Shown: positions 29,317 to 38,822, numbered from the stretch's first letter. The stretch: 64,000 nucleotides of DNA from Nannocystales bacterium (GCA_050633305.1 JBOEGF010000011.1:171944-235943), one strand, 5' to 3'. Numbers and translations are program-made. Notes: generated from the sequence alone by a model not told the origin.

Positions 29317-30024
29317 ATGCTCAACGGAACCGCACAGCTCGAAGCCTGGAAGAAGATCGCGGCCTTCGAGGTGTTCGGCGACTACGCCCCGGCCGACGGC
29401 TCGCGGTTGATGATCAAGGTCGGGGTGCAGTCGTCCACGCTCGAGCGTGTCCTCGAGGAGCGCGCCGACGGGACCGAGCTCCTCGACCCCACGTTCGCGC
29501 AATGGATGGTTCGTGCTGGACTGGGCTTGTCACAGTCGGGTCAGGTCAGCTTCGTCTACGCGACCCCGGTCGAGGCGGTGTGCCTGGTCCGTCCCGACGT
29601 CGTGCAAGGCGCGGGCGCCGTGCTCCCGATTCAGTCACGCCTGCTCGCAAGCTTCACCGCCCGCTTGTCTCTGCTTGCAGGGTCCGAAGTTCCCGCGGTT
29701 GCCCAACTCTTCGAGTTCCCCGACGTCACGGTCGTCCGTCGCGCGATGTGTCGGCTGGTCGAGGACGTCGAGGAGAGCACGCCCCTGCGGAGTTCGCTCT
29801 GGCTTGGCGCGCAGCTCCGTGGGCGTGGCCAGCCGTTCCACCCCTCGATGCTCGAGACCCTGGAAGAGCAAACCTCGCTGCTGCAGAGCAACGGGATCGA
29901 CATGGATGCACTCCCGGCTTGGTGGTGGCGTGGCATCGCGGCGGCGGTTCGTCCGGACGGCGCGGTCGACATCTACGACGACCTGCCCGCTGGGGACGCC
30001 GTCGGTGAGCTCGTCCCCGCCTGA
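29317..30024 (+). CDS. Thg1-like (tRNA-His guanylyltransferase/TLP fold) protein with degenerate catalytic motifs
   Basis: Collinear similarity to TLPs by eye: FEVF..., DPTFAQWMV, FVYATPVE (SDE position), LLQSNGIDMDALPAWWWRG. Confidence 0.6.
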   Translation: MLNGTAQLEAWKKIAAFEVFGDYAPADGSRLMIKVGVQSSTLERVLEERADGTELLDPTFAQWMVRAGLGLSQSGQVSFVYATPVEAVCLVRPDVVQGAGAVLPIQSRLLASFTARLSLLAGSEVPAVAQLFEFPDVTVVRRAMCRLVEDVEESTPLRSSLWLGAQLRGRGQPFHPSMLETLEEQTSLLQSNGIDMDALPAWWWRGIAAAVRPDGAVDIYDDLPAGDAVGELVPA

Positions 30025-30028
30025 CTCG

Positions 30029-31204
30029 GTGGGCCCGGTCCCGGCAAGGCCCCAGCCAGGCCCGACGCCCGATGTCCCGCCGGACGCGTTCGGTCTGTAC
30101 GTACACGTTCCGTTCTGCGCACGAGCGTGCCCGTACTGCGATTTCGATTTTCGGGTCGATGCGCGCCCCGATGGCGGCGCGCTCCTCGCTGCGCTCGAGC
30201 GCGAGACCCAGAGCCGAGACGATGCGCGACTCGGTGAGGCTCCGTATTCGATCTACGTTGGGGGCGGCACGCCCAGCGTCTTGAGTGCCGAACACCTCGG
30301 TGCGCTCTTGGGGTGGGTCTCGAACACATGGTCGGCTGAGGACTGTGTGGAGTGGACGGTGGAGTTCAACCCCGAGCACGTCGACGCGGCCCGCCTGGAG
30401 TCGTTACAGCGCGCCGGGGTCGGACGCATCTCGCTCGGTGTACAGAGCTTCGACCCGGTTGGACTCCGTCAGCTGGGTCGCGCCCATGACCCGGACCAGG
30501 CGTGTGAGGCCATCGAGGCCGCGCAGCGCCGGGGACTCGCGGTCTCGGTCGACCTGATCGTGGGCTGGCCAGGCCAAAGCATGGATGGGCTGCGCGGCGA
30601 GCTGCAGCGGGTGCTCTCGCTGGGGGCGGAGCACGTGTCTGTCTATGCGCTGACCATCGAGCCGGGTACGCCGTGGGAGCGCTTGGCCGAGCGAGGCGTG
30701 CGCCGGCTGCCTCAGCTCGACGACGCCGCGGACGCACTGGAGTGTTGCGCCACCGTGCTCGGGAATGCAGGGTTCACGCACTACGAGGTCGCCAGCTACG
30801 CTCGAGGAGGCGTATTCGCGGTCCACAACAGCGGCTATTGGCTCGGACGCGACTACGTCGGCGTTGGACCGTCCGCCGCGTCGGCCCAGCATCGGCACGA
30901 CGGCGTGGCGCGACGCTCCAACGCTCGCGGCGGTGATTGGTGGGCGGGCGAACCGGCGAGCATCGAGCAGTTGGAGTCCGAGAATGCTGCGAGGGAGGCG
31001 CTGTGGTTGTCACTGCGGTTGTTGGAGGGCGTGGAGATCGACGCGTTTCTGCGCCGGGTTCACCGCGATCGTGCGTGGCTCGAGGCCCGGACCGCACGCG
31101 CCCGGGCCCGCGGCAACGTCACCCTCGAAGGAACTCGAATGCGGGTCGCACCCGGGCGCTGGATGCACCACGACGACATCGCCGCCGACGTCCTTTCGAT
31201 GTGA
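30029..31204 (+). CDS. hemW: Radical SAM heme chaperone HemW (HemN-like)
   Basis: LYVHVPFCARACPYCDF (CxxxCxxC), GGGTPS, RISLGVQSF, HYEVASYA; directly upstream of hrcA. Confidence 0.9.
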   Translation: MGPVPARPQPGPTPDVPPDAFGLYVHVPFCARACPYCDFDFRVDARPDGGALLAALERETQSRDDARLGEAPYSIYVGGGTPSVLSAEHLGALLGWVSNTWSAEDCVEWTVEFNPEHVDAARLESLQRAGVGRISLGVQSFDPVGLRQLGRAHDPDQACEAIEAAQRRGLAVSVDLIVGWPGQSMDGLRGELQRVLSLGAEHVSVYALTIEPGTPWERLAERGVRRLPQLDDAADALECCATVLGNAGFTHYEVASYARGGVFAVHNSGYWLGRDYVGVGPSAASAQHRHDGVARRSNARGGDWWAGEPASIEQLESENAAREALWLSLRLLEGVEIDAFLRRVHRDRAWLEARTARARARGNVTLEGTRMRVAPGRWMHHDDIAADVLSM

Positions 31205-31277
31205 GATCCCCACCAAGGCGGGGTTCTTGGCCCTGGAAGCCGCGCTCGTGGCCGCTGGGCTTGCTATCCTACGCGAG

Positions 31278-32420
31278 ATGGACCGGGTGCCGTCGCTCAC
31301 GACTCGGCAGCAGCGATTGCTGTACGCGGTATGCCGCGACTACATCCTCACCGGGGAGCCGGCCTCGTCGGGCCGACTCGTCAAGACCCACGGCCTGCCT
31401 TGGTCCTCTGCCACGGTGCGTCAGGAGTTCGCGGTGCTCGAGCGGGATGGGTTGCTCGAGCGGTCCCACCACAGCTCGGGCCGTTTGCCGACCCGCACGG
31501 GTCTGGAGCGATACGTGGGCTCGCTCGGCCAGGGCGCCCAACTCTCTCCTCACTTGGCGACCGTGGTCGACCGTGGGCTGGCCGCAGCCGGACACTCCGT
31601 CGGAGACGAGGTTCGAGCCGCGTCCGCCGTGCTCAGCGAGGTCGCGGGCTGCGTCGCCGTTTCGTTCGTCGGGGCCTCTCGGGGGGGACGTATCGATACC
31701 GTCGACATCGCCCCGCTGGTGTTGCCGCGCGCGCTGGTGGTGCTTGGCTTCGGCGACGGCTCGACCGCGATGCGAACGGTCCGGTTTGAGGCGCTCGACG
31801 ACGACCCCGCGATCGCCGATCGTCAGCTCCGAACCCTCCAGGGCCGACTTCGCGAGCTCTGTGCGCGGCGAACCCTCGATGAGGCGCTCGCTCAGCTTCG
31901 GGCCCTGCAGCAGGCCCAACAGGCTCGGATTGACGATGCGCTGGCCGAAGCACTCCGGGTTGGGCTGATCGTGTGTGCGGGTGCGGCCTTGGACCCGCTG
32001 TGGCTGCAGGTCGCGGGGCAGCGGACGCTCGCGGGCGCAGACGCGGTGACCCCGGCCGGCCTGGGCGACGTGCTGGGACTGCTCGAAGACTACGAGCGGC
32101 TGGCGGAGGTCTTGTGTCAGCTCGTTCCTGACGGACAGACGCGCAGCAGTCGGGCCCGGGTCCGGGTGGGCGTTCCGTTGGGCCGTCCCATGTCCCCGGC
32201 GCAGTCGGTTCGACTCACCGTGGTGGGGTGTCGCCTGCCCGTTCGGGGAGAGGCGGTCGCAGAACAGCCGCCGGGGCATCGCGCGACCGGCATGGTGGCG
32301 TTGCTGGGTTCCGACCGTATGGATTACGCCCGCGCAATTCCTCTGGTAGAGTACGCGGCGCGATCGCTGGCTGCGCACGGTGATTCGACTGGGAAGTCCG
32401 GCTCGAAACAAGCGCCCTGA
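31278..32420 (+). CDS. hrcA: Heat-inducible transcription repressor HrcA (divergent)
   Basis: RQQRLL...DYILTGEPASS, SSATVR, HHSSGRLPT, LLGSDRMDY. Confidence 0.88.
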   Translation: MDRVPSLTTRQQRLLYAVCRDYILTGEPASSGRLVKTHGLPWSSATVRQEFAVLERDGLLERSHHSSGRLPTRTGLERYVGSLGQGAQLSPHLATVVDRGLAAAGHSVGDEVRAASAVLSEVAGCVAVSFVGASRGGRIDTVDIAPLVLPRALVVLGFGDGSTAMRTVRFEALDDDPAIADRQLRTLQGRLRELCARRTLDEALAQLRALQQAQQARIDDALAEALRVGLIVCAGAALDPLWLQVAGQRTLAGADAVTPAGLGDVLGLLEDYERLAEVLCQLVPDGQTRSSRARVRVGVPLGRPMSPAQSVRLTVVGCRLPVRGEAVAEQPPGHRATGMVALLGSDRMDYARAIPLVEYAARSLAAHGDSTGKSGSKQAP

Positions 32421-32471
32421 AGCCCCTGCAATTGCGACGCTTTCCCGGCAGTGCGTAAGCCTCATGCGACC

Positions 32472-33284
32472 ATGCCACGGCCCAGCACGCCGACCCCGAT
32501 CGACCAGATGACGATCGACGAGACTACGATGACCCAAGGCAATGACGAGAACAGCCCCGGCGAGGACGCCCTCACCGCGGAGATCGACAAGACCATGGCC
32601 GAAGCCGAAGCTGCTGTGAAGGATATGGAGACCGACGACGGTGTGATTGAAATCGACGGTGACCTTGGTGGAGACGCCGACGGTCAGACCAGCGATGGCG
32701 ATGGCGATGGCGATGGCGATGGTGGTACCGACGCCGAGCTTGTCGAGTTGCGCGAGCGTGTCGAGACCCTGCGGGGCGAGCTGAGCGGGACCAAAGACAA
32801 GTGGATGCGGGCGCTCGCCGACCTCGAGAACCACAAGAAGCGCACAAAGAAGGAGATGGACGACGCCGCACTGCGGACCGCAAAGAGTCTGCTCCCGGCG
32901 TTTTTGCCTGTCTTGGACAACCTGGAGCGCGCGCTCGAAGTCGCAGAGCCTACGGCGGCCAATGCCTCGGATGAGAACGCGGAGAACGTCCGGAACCTCG
33001 TCCAGGGGATCAAAATGGTGCGGCAGGAGTTCCTGGGCGCGCTGGTCCGCAACGGAATCGAACCCATCGATAGCATCGGCACCGCATTCGATCCCGCAGT
33101 TCACGACGCGCTTCAACAATTCGACAGCCCAGACTTCCCACCCGGCGTGGTGATTCGGGAGTTCGAGAAGGGCTACATGCTCAAGGGGCGCCTGCTGCGA
33201 CCCGCGCGCGTGATCGTTGCTGGTGCAGGTTCCACCGGCGTTCCAACCGAAGACAAAGCACAGGCCGACGCGGCCGAGGACTGA
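32472..33284 (+). CDS. grpE: Nucleotide exchange factor GrpE (start could be 32508 or 32529)
   Basis: RALADLENHKKR, LPVLDNLERAL, FDPAVHDA, KGYMLKGRLLRPARV. Confidence 0.95.
   Translation: MPRPSTPTPIDQMTIDETTMTQGNDENSPGEDALTAEIDKTMAEAEAAVKDMETDDGVIEIDGDLGGDADGQTSDGDGDGDGDGGTDAELVELRERVETLRGELSGTKDKWMRALADLENHKKRTKKEMDDAALRTAKSLLPAFLPVLDNLERALEVAEPTAANASDENAENVRNLVQGIKMVRQEFLGALVRNGIEPIDSIGTAFDPAVHDALQQFDSPDFPPGVVIREFEKGYMLKGRLLRPARVIVAGAGSTGVPTEDKAQADAAED
32692..32721 (+). repeat. Perfect hexamer tandem repeat (GCGATG)5 in grpE, encoding a (DG)n tract
   Basis: Seen directly in sequence. Confidence 0.85.
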
Positions 33285-33290
33285 TCTTCG

Positions 33291-35120
33291 ATGGGGCAGG
33301 GGCGAATCATCGGCATCGACTTGGGCACGACGAACTCGTGCGTCGCAATCATGGGCGGCGACGAGGTTCAGATCATCGCCAACGCCGAGGGCAGCCGAAC
33401 GACGCCCAGCGTCGTGGCGTTCACCGAGGAGGGGGAACGTCTCGTCGGTCAGATCGCGAAGCGGCAGGCCATCACCAACCCCACGAACACCGTCTACGCG
33501 GCCAAGCGGTTGATCGGGCTCAAGCTCGAGGACCCGCGGATCGCGGACCTGCGGAAGCTGCTGCCGTACGCCTTGGCCGCGGCCGACAACGGCGACGCCT
33601 GGATCGAGATCTGGGATCGCAAGTACTCGCCGTCCGAGATCGGTGCGGCGGTGCTCGCCAAGATGAAAGAGTCGGCCGAGGCGTTCTTGGGAGAGACCAT
33701 CTCCCGAGCGATCGTCACAGTTCCGGCGTACTTCAACGACAACCAGCGGCAGGCCACCAAGGACGCGGGCAAGATCGCCGGCTTGGAGGTCGAGCGGATC
33801 ATCAACGAGCCGACCGCAGCCACCTTGGCGTACGGCCTGCACGAGAAGAGCGACAACAAGACCGTCGCCGTCTACGACCTCGGTGGTGGCACGTTTGACA
33901 TTTCGCTCCTGGAGTTGCGCGGGGGTGTCTTCGAGGTCCTCGCCACCGCCGGCGATACGCTGCTGGGCGGGGAGGACTTCGACAACAGCATCGTGAACTG
34001 GTGCGCGACGGAGTTCCTCGCGGAGCAGGAGTTCGACCTTCGAACCGAGAAACTCGCCGCGCAGCGCCTCAAGGAGGCTGCCGAGAAAGCCAAGCAGGAA
34101 CTCTCGTGGTCGGTCGAGACCGAGATCAACCTGCCGTTCATCGCGGCCCGGGCGGGCCAGCCGTTGCACTTCTCGCGCACGCTCAGCCGTCGCAAGTTGG
34201 AGGAGTTGACCAAGGACCTCATCGACCGCACGCTCGCACCGTGTCGCCAAGTGCTGGCGGATGCCGAGCTCGAGGTCGGAGATGTCGATGAGGTTCTGCT
34301 CGTCGGAGGTCAGACCCGGATGCCGCTGGTCCAAGACCGGGTCCAAGAGTTCTTCGGCCGTGAGCCGAGCAAGGGCGTCAACCCGGACGAGGTCGTTGCT
34401 GCGGGCGCAGCCATCCAGGGCGCCGTGCTCGAGGGCACCGTCGAAGATGTCCTCCTGCTGGACGTCGTCCCGTTGCACATCGGTGTCGAGACCCAGGGCG
34501 GCGTGTTCGAGCCGCTCATCCTGCGGAACACCACCATCCCGACCAAGAAGACCCAGGTCTTCAGTACGACCGTGGACAACCAGCCCGTGGTCAACGTGCA
34601 CGTGGCCCAGGGCCTTCGCGACATGGTCGAAGACAACCAGAGCTTGGCCCGTTTCCAGCTCACGGATATCCCGCCCGCACCACGGGGCGTGCCGCAGATC
34701 CAGGTGACGTTCGACATCGACGCCGACGGCATTTTGAGTGTGTCGGCGAAGGACCTTGGGACCCAACGGGAGTCGACTTGCCAGGTCACGCCGACGTCGG
34801 GACTCAGCGAAGATCAGATCGACGCATTGGCAGACGAGGCCGAGTCCCGAAAGGGCGAGGACGCGGCCAAGAAAGACGTCGCGGAGATCCGAAACCGAGC
34901 CGAGACGCTGGTCTACACCTGCAAACGCTCGTTGGAAGCCTACGGAAACCTGCTCAGTGACGTGGACCGAGCCGATGTCGCCTCGGATACCAAACGCCTC
35001 GAAGCGTTGCTCGCGGGTTCGGCGAGCGCCGACGCTCTTCGCGAGGCCCTCTCTGCCCTCGAAAACTCATCGCACCAGATCTACGAGGCGATGATGGCCC
35101 AGTCCGAACAGGACGGCTGA
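33291..35120 (+). CDS. dnaK: Molecular chaperone DnaK (Hsp70)
   Basis: IGIDLGTTNS, TVPAYFND, NEPTAA, DLGGGTFD, LVGGQTRMP, APRGVPQI. Confidence 0.97.
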   Translation: MGQGRIIGIDLGTTNSCVAIMGGDEVQIIANAEGSRTTPSVVAFTEEGERLVGQIAKRQAITNPTNTVYAAKRLIGLKLEDPRIADLRKLLPYALAAADNGDAWIEIWDRKYSPSEIGAAVLAKMKESAEAFLGETISRAIVTVPAYFNDNQRQATKDAGKIAGLEVERIINEPTAATLAYGLHEKSDNKTVAVYDLGGGTFDISLLELRGGVFEVLATAGDTLLGGEDFDNSIVNWCATEFLAEQEFDLRTEKLAAQRLKEAAEKAKQELSWSVETEINLPFIAARAGQPLHFSRTLSRRKLEELTKDLIDRTLAPCRQVLADAELEVGDVDEVLLVGGQTRMPLVQDRVQEFFGREPSKGVNPDEVVAAGAAIQGAVLEGTVEDVLLLDVVPLHIGVETQGGVFEPLILRNTTIPTKKTQVFSTTVDNQPVVNVHVAQGLRDMVEDNQSLARFQLTDIPPAPRGVPQIQVTFDIDADGILSVSAKDLGTQRESTCQVTPTSGLSEDQIDALADEAESRKGEDAAKKDVAEIRNRAETLVYTCKRSLEAYGNLLSDVDRADVASDTKRLEALLAGSASADALREALSALENSSHQIYEAMMAQSEQDG

Positions 35121-35219
35121 GCGTCGTTCGGTGCAGGAAACCCGAGTCGACGTGTCGGCCTCTAAATGGAGGGCGGACCCAGGGCTGGACCGCAGACCGG
35201 AACAGGAACAAGGACGGGG

Positions 35220-36308
35220 ATGGCTGTAGATCACTACGCGGTGCTCGGCGTCGAGCGGGGTGCGGACTCGGAGGCGATCAAGAAGGCCTACCGTCGGCTG
35301 ACGCTGCAGTTTCACCCCGACCGCCATCCCGACGATGCCCACGCCCAAGAGCGATTCCGGCAGATCAACCAAGCCTACGACGTGTTGGGCGACCCCCGGA
35401 AACGGACCCGCTACGACACGCAGGCCCGTCTGAGCAGCGGCCTCGACTTGGCCGGCGTGCAACCGGGTCAGAGCCCTCGCGATCTACTGCAGAACGTCTT
35501 CGGGGACGTGTTCCGGAGTCGCCGACGCGGGCGGCGGCGCGGGCGAGACCTCCGCTACACCCTGACCATCTCGCTCGAGGACGCGGTGCGCGGCGGCCCA
35601 CACGAGATCGCATTCGATGCCCTGGGGCCGTGTGAGACGTGCTCGGGGACCGGCACGCGACCGGGCGGGGCGCCACCGACGACGTGTGACGTCTGCGGAG
35701 GGAAGGGGGAGGTCAAGGGCGACGGCCTGTTTGCGCCGTGGACTCGATGTGGACGGTGCGACGGCGCGGGCATGCTGCAAACCGACGCCTGCAAGACCTG
35801 TCGAGGCTCAGGCAAGTCTCGGGCGTCGCGGGCATTCACCGTGACACTTCCTCCCGGAGTCGACAGTGGCGCGCAGAAACTCCTCGAGGGTCAGGGCGAG
35901 CCTGGTCGGTTCGAAGGCGCAGCGGGTGATCTCAAGGTCACCATTCACGTTCGCCCCGACGCATTCTTGGAACGGCGTGGGACCGAGCTGCGCTGCGAGT
36001 TGTTCGTGAGTCTCACCGAAGCCGCCCTCGGAGCCCGGGTCGAGGTTCCGACCGTCGATGGGGCCGTGGAGGTCGACATCCCGGCCGGGATTCGCAGCGG
36101 AACTAAGCTACGGCTGCGGGGGAAAGGGATCCCTGCCAAGCAGGGCCGAGGGGATCAGCTGGTGCTTGTCACCGTCGAGACGCCCACCGCCGCCGATCCG
36201 AACGTTGCCGCGACGCTCCGCGAGCTGGAAGAACGCAGCGCGCTGGCATCTGCCTTGCCCAAGCGGTCCGAACAGCGCGCCGCGTTTGCGGAGCGCAAGA
36301 AGCCATAA
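35220..36308 (+). CDS. dnaJ: DnaJ chaperone (J domain, four CxxCxGxG, C-terminal domain)
   Basis: HPD motif; four zinc-finger repeats; LRLRGKG. Confidence 0.92.
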   Translation: MAVDHYAVLGVERGADSEAIKKAYRRLTLQFHPDRHPDDAHAQERFRQINQAYDVLGDPRKRTRYDTQARLSSGLDLAGVQPGQSPRDLLQNVFGDVFRSRRRGRRRGRDLRYTLTISLEDAVRGGPHEIAFDALGPCETCSGTGTRPGGAPPTTCDVCGGKGEVKGDGLFAPWTRCGRCDGAGMLQTDACKTCRGSGKSRASRAFTVTLPPGVDSGAQKLLEGQGEPGRFEGAAGDLKVTIHVRPDAFLERRGTELRCELFVSLTEAALGARVEVPTVDGAVEVDIPAGIRSGTKLRLRGKGIPAKQGRGDQLVLVTVETPTAADPNVAATLRELEERSALASALPKRSEQRAAFAERKKP

Positions 36309-36375
36309 CCGCTCGGCTCCAGTCTTGCGTTCGAAAGACGCCGGACTGCGCTATGGTTGGCTGCAGCAGACGGGC

Positions 36376-37095
36376 ATGGTCTTCATCGACATCAAGCACC
36401 GCGAGGTGACGCTGAAGCTGGTCTACTACGGGCCGGCGCTCAGCGGGAAGACGACCAACCTCCAGCAGCTCCATCGTCTGATGGGCCAACAGACCGCCAG
36501 CGAGCTTTTGACGCTCAACACGCGGGACGACAGAACGCTGTTCTTTGACCTGCTTCCACTGCGCTTCAGCACCCGGGGAGGCCTCGACATCAAGCTCAAG
36601 CTGTTCACGGTCCCCGGGCAGGTCATGCATGCCGCGACCCGGCGCATCGTGTTGCAGGGGGCCGATGGCGTTGCGTTTATCGCCGATTCGCAGGTCTCTC
36701 AGACTCGCAACAACAACGAGAGCTTCGCCGACCTGCGGCGCAACTTGTCGGAGAACGGCATCGGCGAGGATGACGTCGCGCTGGTGATTCAGTTCAACAA
36801 GCGCGACCTTCCGGGGATCCGCTCCGATGATGAGGTTCGGAAGATCGCCTCAAAGGGCAAGGAGCCGGTCTACAAGGGCACTGCCATCGAGGGGCTGGGT
36901 GTCGCCGACACGTTCTTGGGCCTCGCGGACCTGACGTGGTCCAAGCTCGAGAGTCGTTATGCGCTCAAGGAAAAGTTCGGTGTGGACCGGTCCGACTTCA
37001 TGGCCCACGTCCGCTCGATGCTCGACGCAGGGTCGCAGGCCGGCCGGTTGCCCATCGACCCACCCGATCGCGCCGATCGCGAAGGGGCCGTATGA
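36376..37095 (+). CDS. MglA-family small Ras-like GTPase (orphan paralogue, SofG/MglA-like)
   Basis: KLVYYGPALSGKTTNL, DRTLFFD, TVPGQV, FIADSQ, QFNKRDLP. Confidence 0.9.
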   Translation: MVFIDIKHREVTLKLVYYGPALSGKTTNLQQLHRLMGQQTASELLTLNTRDDRTLFFDLLPLRFSTRGGLDIKLKLFTVPGQVMHAATRRIVLQGADGVAFIADSQVSQTRNNNESFADLRRNLSENGIGEDDVALVIQFNKRDLPGIRSDDEVRKIASKGKEPVYKGTAIEGLGVADTFLGLADLTWSKLESRYALKEKFGVDRSDFMAHVRSMLDAGSQAGRLPIDPPDRADREGAV

Positions 37096-38369
37096 GCGCA
37101 ACCGAGCTGCCATTGGGGATCTCCGATCGGGTCCCCCCGCTGTCGGACCTGATCCGATGGGATGATCTGCAGCGGGTGCTGACGCCGTTCCTCACCGGGA
37201 CCGTGGCCGGCATCGCGTTGTTCGCCCGCGACGGAACGCTCTTCGCGGGCGCGCATGCGGAAGAAGGTGCGATGGCCTCGTGGGAGCAGCTCCCGCCGGA
37301 GGCCGCAGCATCCATGCAGCGAGGCGGCTCCTCGGCGTTCGGCATCGCCACCAACATCTTTGACGTCCGGGCCGTGTACGCGGGGACGGAGCGCGTCGGG
37401 GTCCTCGTCGTCGCGCGCGCGGCCGAGCCGACCGATGTTCGGGATGCGTCGGTGGCCGACGCGTTGGTGGGGGTTGTCGCCATGCTTCTCCAGGCTGGGT
37501 ATGCCACGTGGGTCACCTCCGAGATGCATCTGGCCTCGGCGGAGTCTGCCCACACCGCGATGACGCAGCGTGCGAGCGAGTTGGAGCGGGCCGTCGCGCA
37601 CCTTCGCGAACTCGACAAGCTCAAGAGCAACTTCCTCGCAACCGTCTCCCACGAGCTTCGCACTCCGCTCACGTCGGTGATCGGCTTCTCCGAGATGCTG
37701 ATCGAGGGCTTGGCCGGCCCGCTGAACGAGGAGCAGGCGGACTACGTCAAGACGATCCTCGACCGGGGCGAGGAGCTGCTGACGCTGATCTCCCATGTCT
37801 TGGAGATGTCGCAGCTCGAGGTCGGGACTCTCCGGCTCGATCTCGAGTCGCAGCCGCTTTCGAAGATCCTCGCACGTGCCGTAGAGACGCTGCGGCCCGC
37901 TGCGGACGCATCGTCGGTTCACATCGACGTACAGCTCCCCGCGGAGGGAGCGTTGCCCTCGGTCCTCGTGGACGCCGAAAAGACGCAGCGGGTCCTGCAG
38001 AACCTGATCGGGAACGCGATCAAGTTCAGCAAGCCCGGAGGCGTCATCACCGTTGCGGCCGCTCCTGCACCCATTCGCAAGCCCTTCCAAGAGGAGACCC
38101 TGTTCGGCGAGGAGGCCGAAGATGCGGTTCGCCTCACGGTGACCGACCAGGGGATCGGGATCTCGACCGACGAGCTCCCGAAGATCTTCGAGGCCTTCTA
38201 TCAGGTTGATGCGAGCCCGACGCGCGAGCATGGCGGCGCGGGGCTGGGTTTGTCGATCGTCAAGAATCTCGTCTCAGCCCATGGCGGTGATGTTTGGGTG
38301 GAGAGCGAGCTGGGCGTGGGGACCTCGATCCACTTCACGGTTCCCATCGGGACCCATCCGCAGGGGTGA
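37092..38369 (+). CDS. Soluble sensor histidine kinase with PocR/GAF-like N-terminal domain
   Basis: VSHELRTPL H-box, NLIGNAIKF, DQGIG, FYQVD, GAGLGL; no clear TM; ATGA overlap with the GTPase gene. Confidence 0.92.
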   Translation: MSATELPLGISDRVPPLSDLIRWDDLQRVLTPFLTGTVAGIALFARDGTLFAGAHAEEGAMASWEQLPPEAAASMQRGGSSAFGIATNIFDVRAVYAGTERVGVLVVARAAEPTDVRDASVADALVGVVAMLLQAGYATWVTSEMHLASAESAHTAMTQRASELERAVAHLRELDKLKSNFLATVSHELRTPLTSVIGFSEMLIEGLAGPLNEEQADYVKTILDRGEELLTLISHVLEMSQLEVGTLRLDLESQPLSKILARAVETLRPAADASSVHIDVQLPAEGALPSVLVDAEKTQRVLQNLIGNAIKFSKPGGVITVAAAPAPIRKPFQEETLFGEEAEDAVRLTVTDQGIGISTDELPKIFEAFYQVDASPTREHGGAGLGLSIVKNLVSAHGGDVWVESELGVGTSIHFTVPIGTHPQG

Positions 38370-38510
38370 TCGCTCCGTGATCGCTTCCGTAGGCGGGATC
38401 GAACGCGACGATTCCTTCGAAATTGCCCCGTCGAACCGGGGCTACGAGACGTTTGCGGCCTTGTGCGAAGTGACTGTCATCGTGCATCTTGCCTGCGCAG
38501 AGGTCTGCCG

Positions 38511-38822
38511 ATGAAGGTCACCGAACAACTCCGCGAACTTGAGGGCGTTGCCGAAACGCTCGGGGTCCGCGTTAGCTACGAGCCGATGACCGGCATCGTC
38601 AGCGGTGCTGGTGGCATGTGTCGAGTGAAGGGCGAGTATCGGGTCATCATCGACCGGCGTCTTCGGACCTCCGAGCGGATCACGCTCCTTGCCGACGCCC
38701 TGCGTCGTTTCGACACGGCATCGATCGAGATGCCCGCGGTCGTCCGTCGGGCTCTAGCCGGTGGGGCGACGGACAGCGCTGCTGACGAAGAGACCGACAA
38801 CACCGTCCGTCGGTCCGCCTAA
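38511..38822 (+). CDS. Small hypothetical protein
   Basis: LGVRVSYE...GGMCRVKG..VIIDRRL pattern; plausible RBS. Confidence 0.65.
   Translation: MKVTEQLRELEGVAETLGVRVSYEPMTGIVSGAGGMCRVKGEYRVIIDRRLRTSERITLLADALRRFDTASIEMPAVVRRALAGGATDSAADEETDNTVRRSA

Noticed and set aside
31205..31277. CIRCE operator upstream of hrcA
   Set aside because: No match to the 9-9-9 inverted repeat; only a short CCAAG/CTTGG dyad
31269..34766. 1165-aa minus-strand ORF antisense to hrcA-grpE-dnaK
   Set aside because: Long antisense ORFs opposite hsp70 genes are a well-known codon-bias shadow in GC-rich genomes; the sense genes have clear motifs
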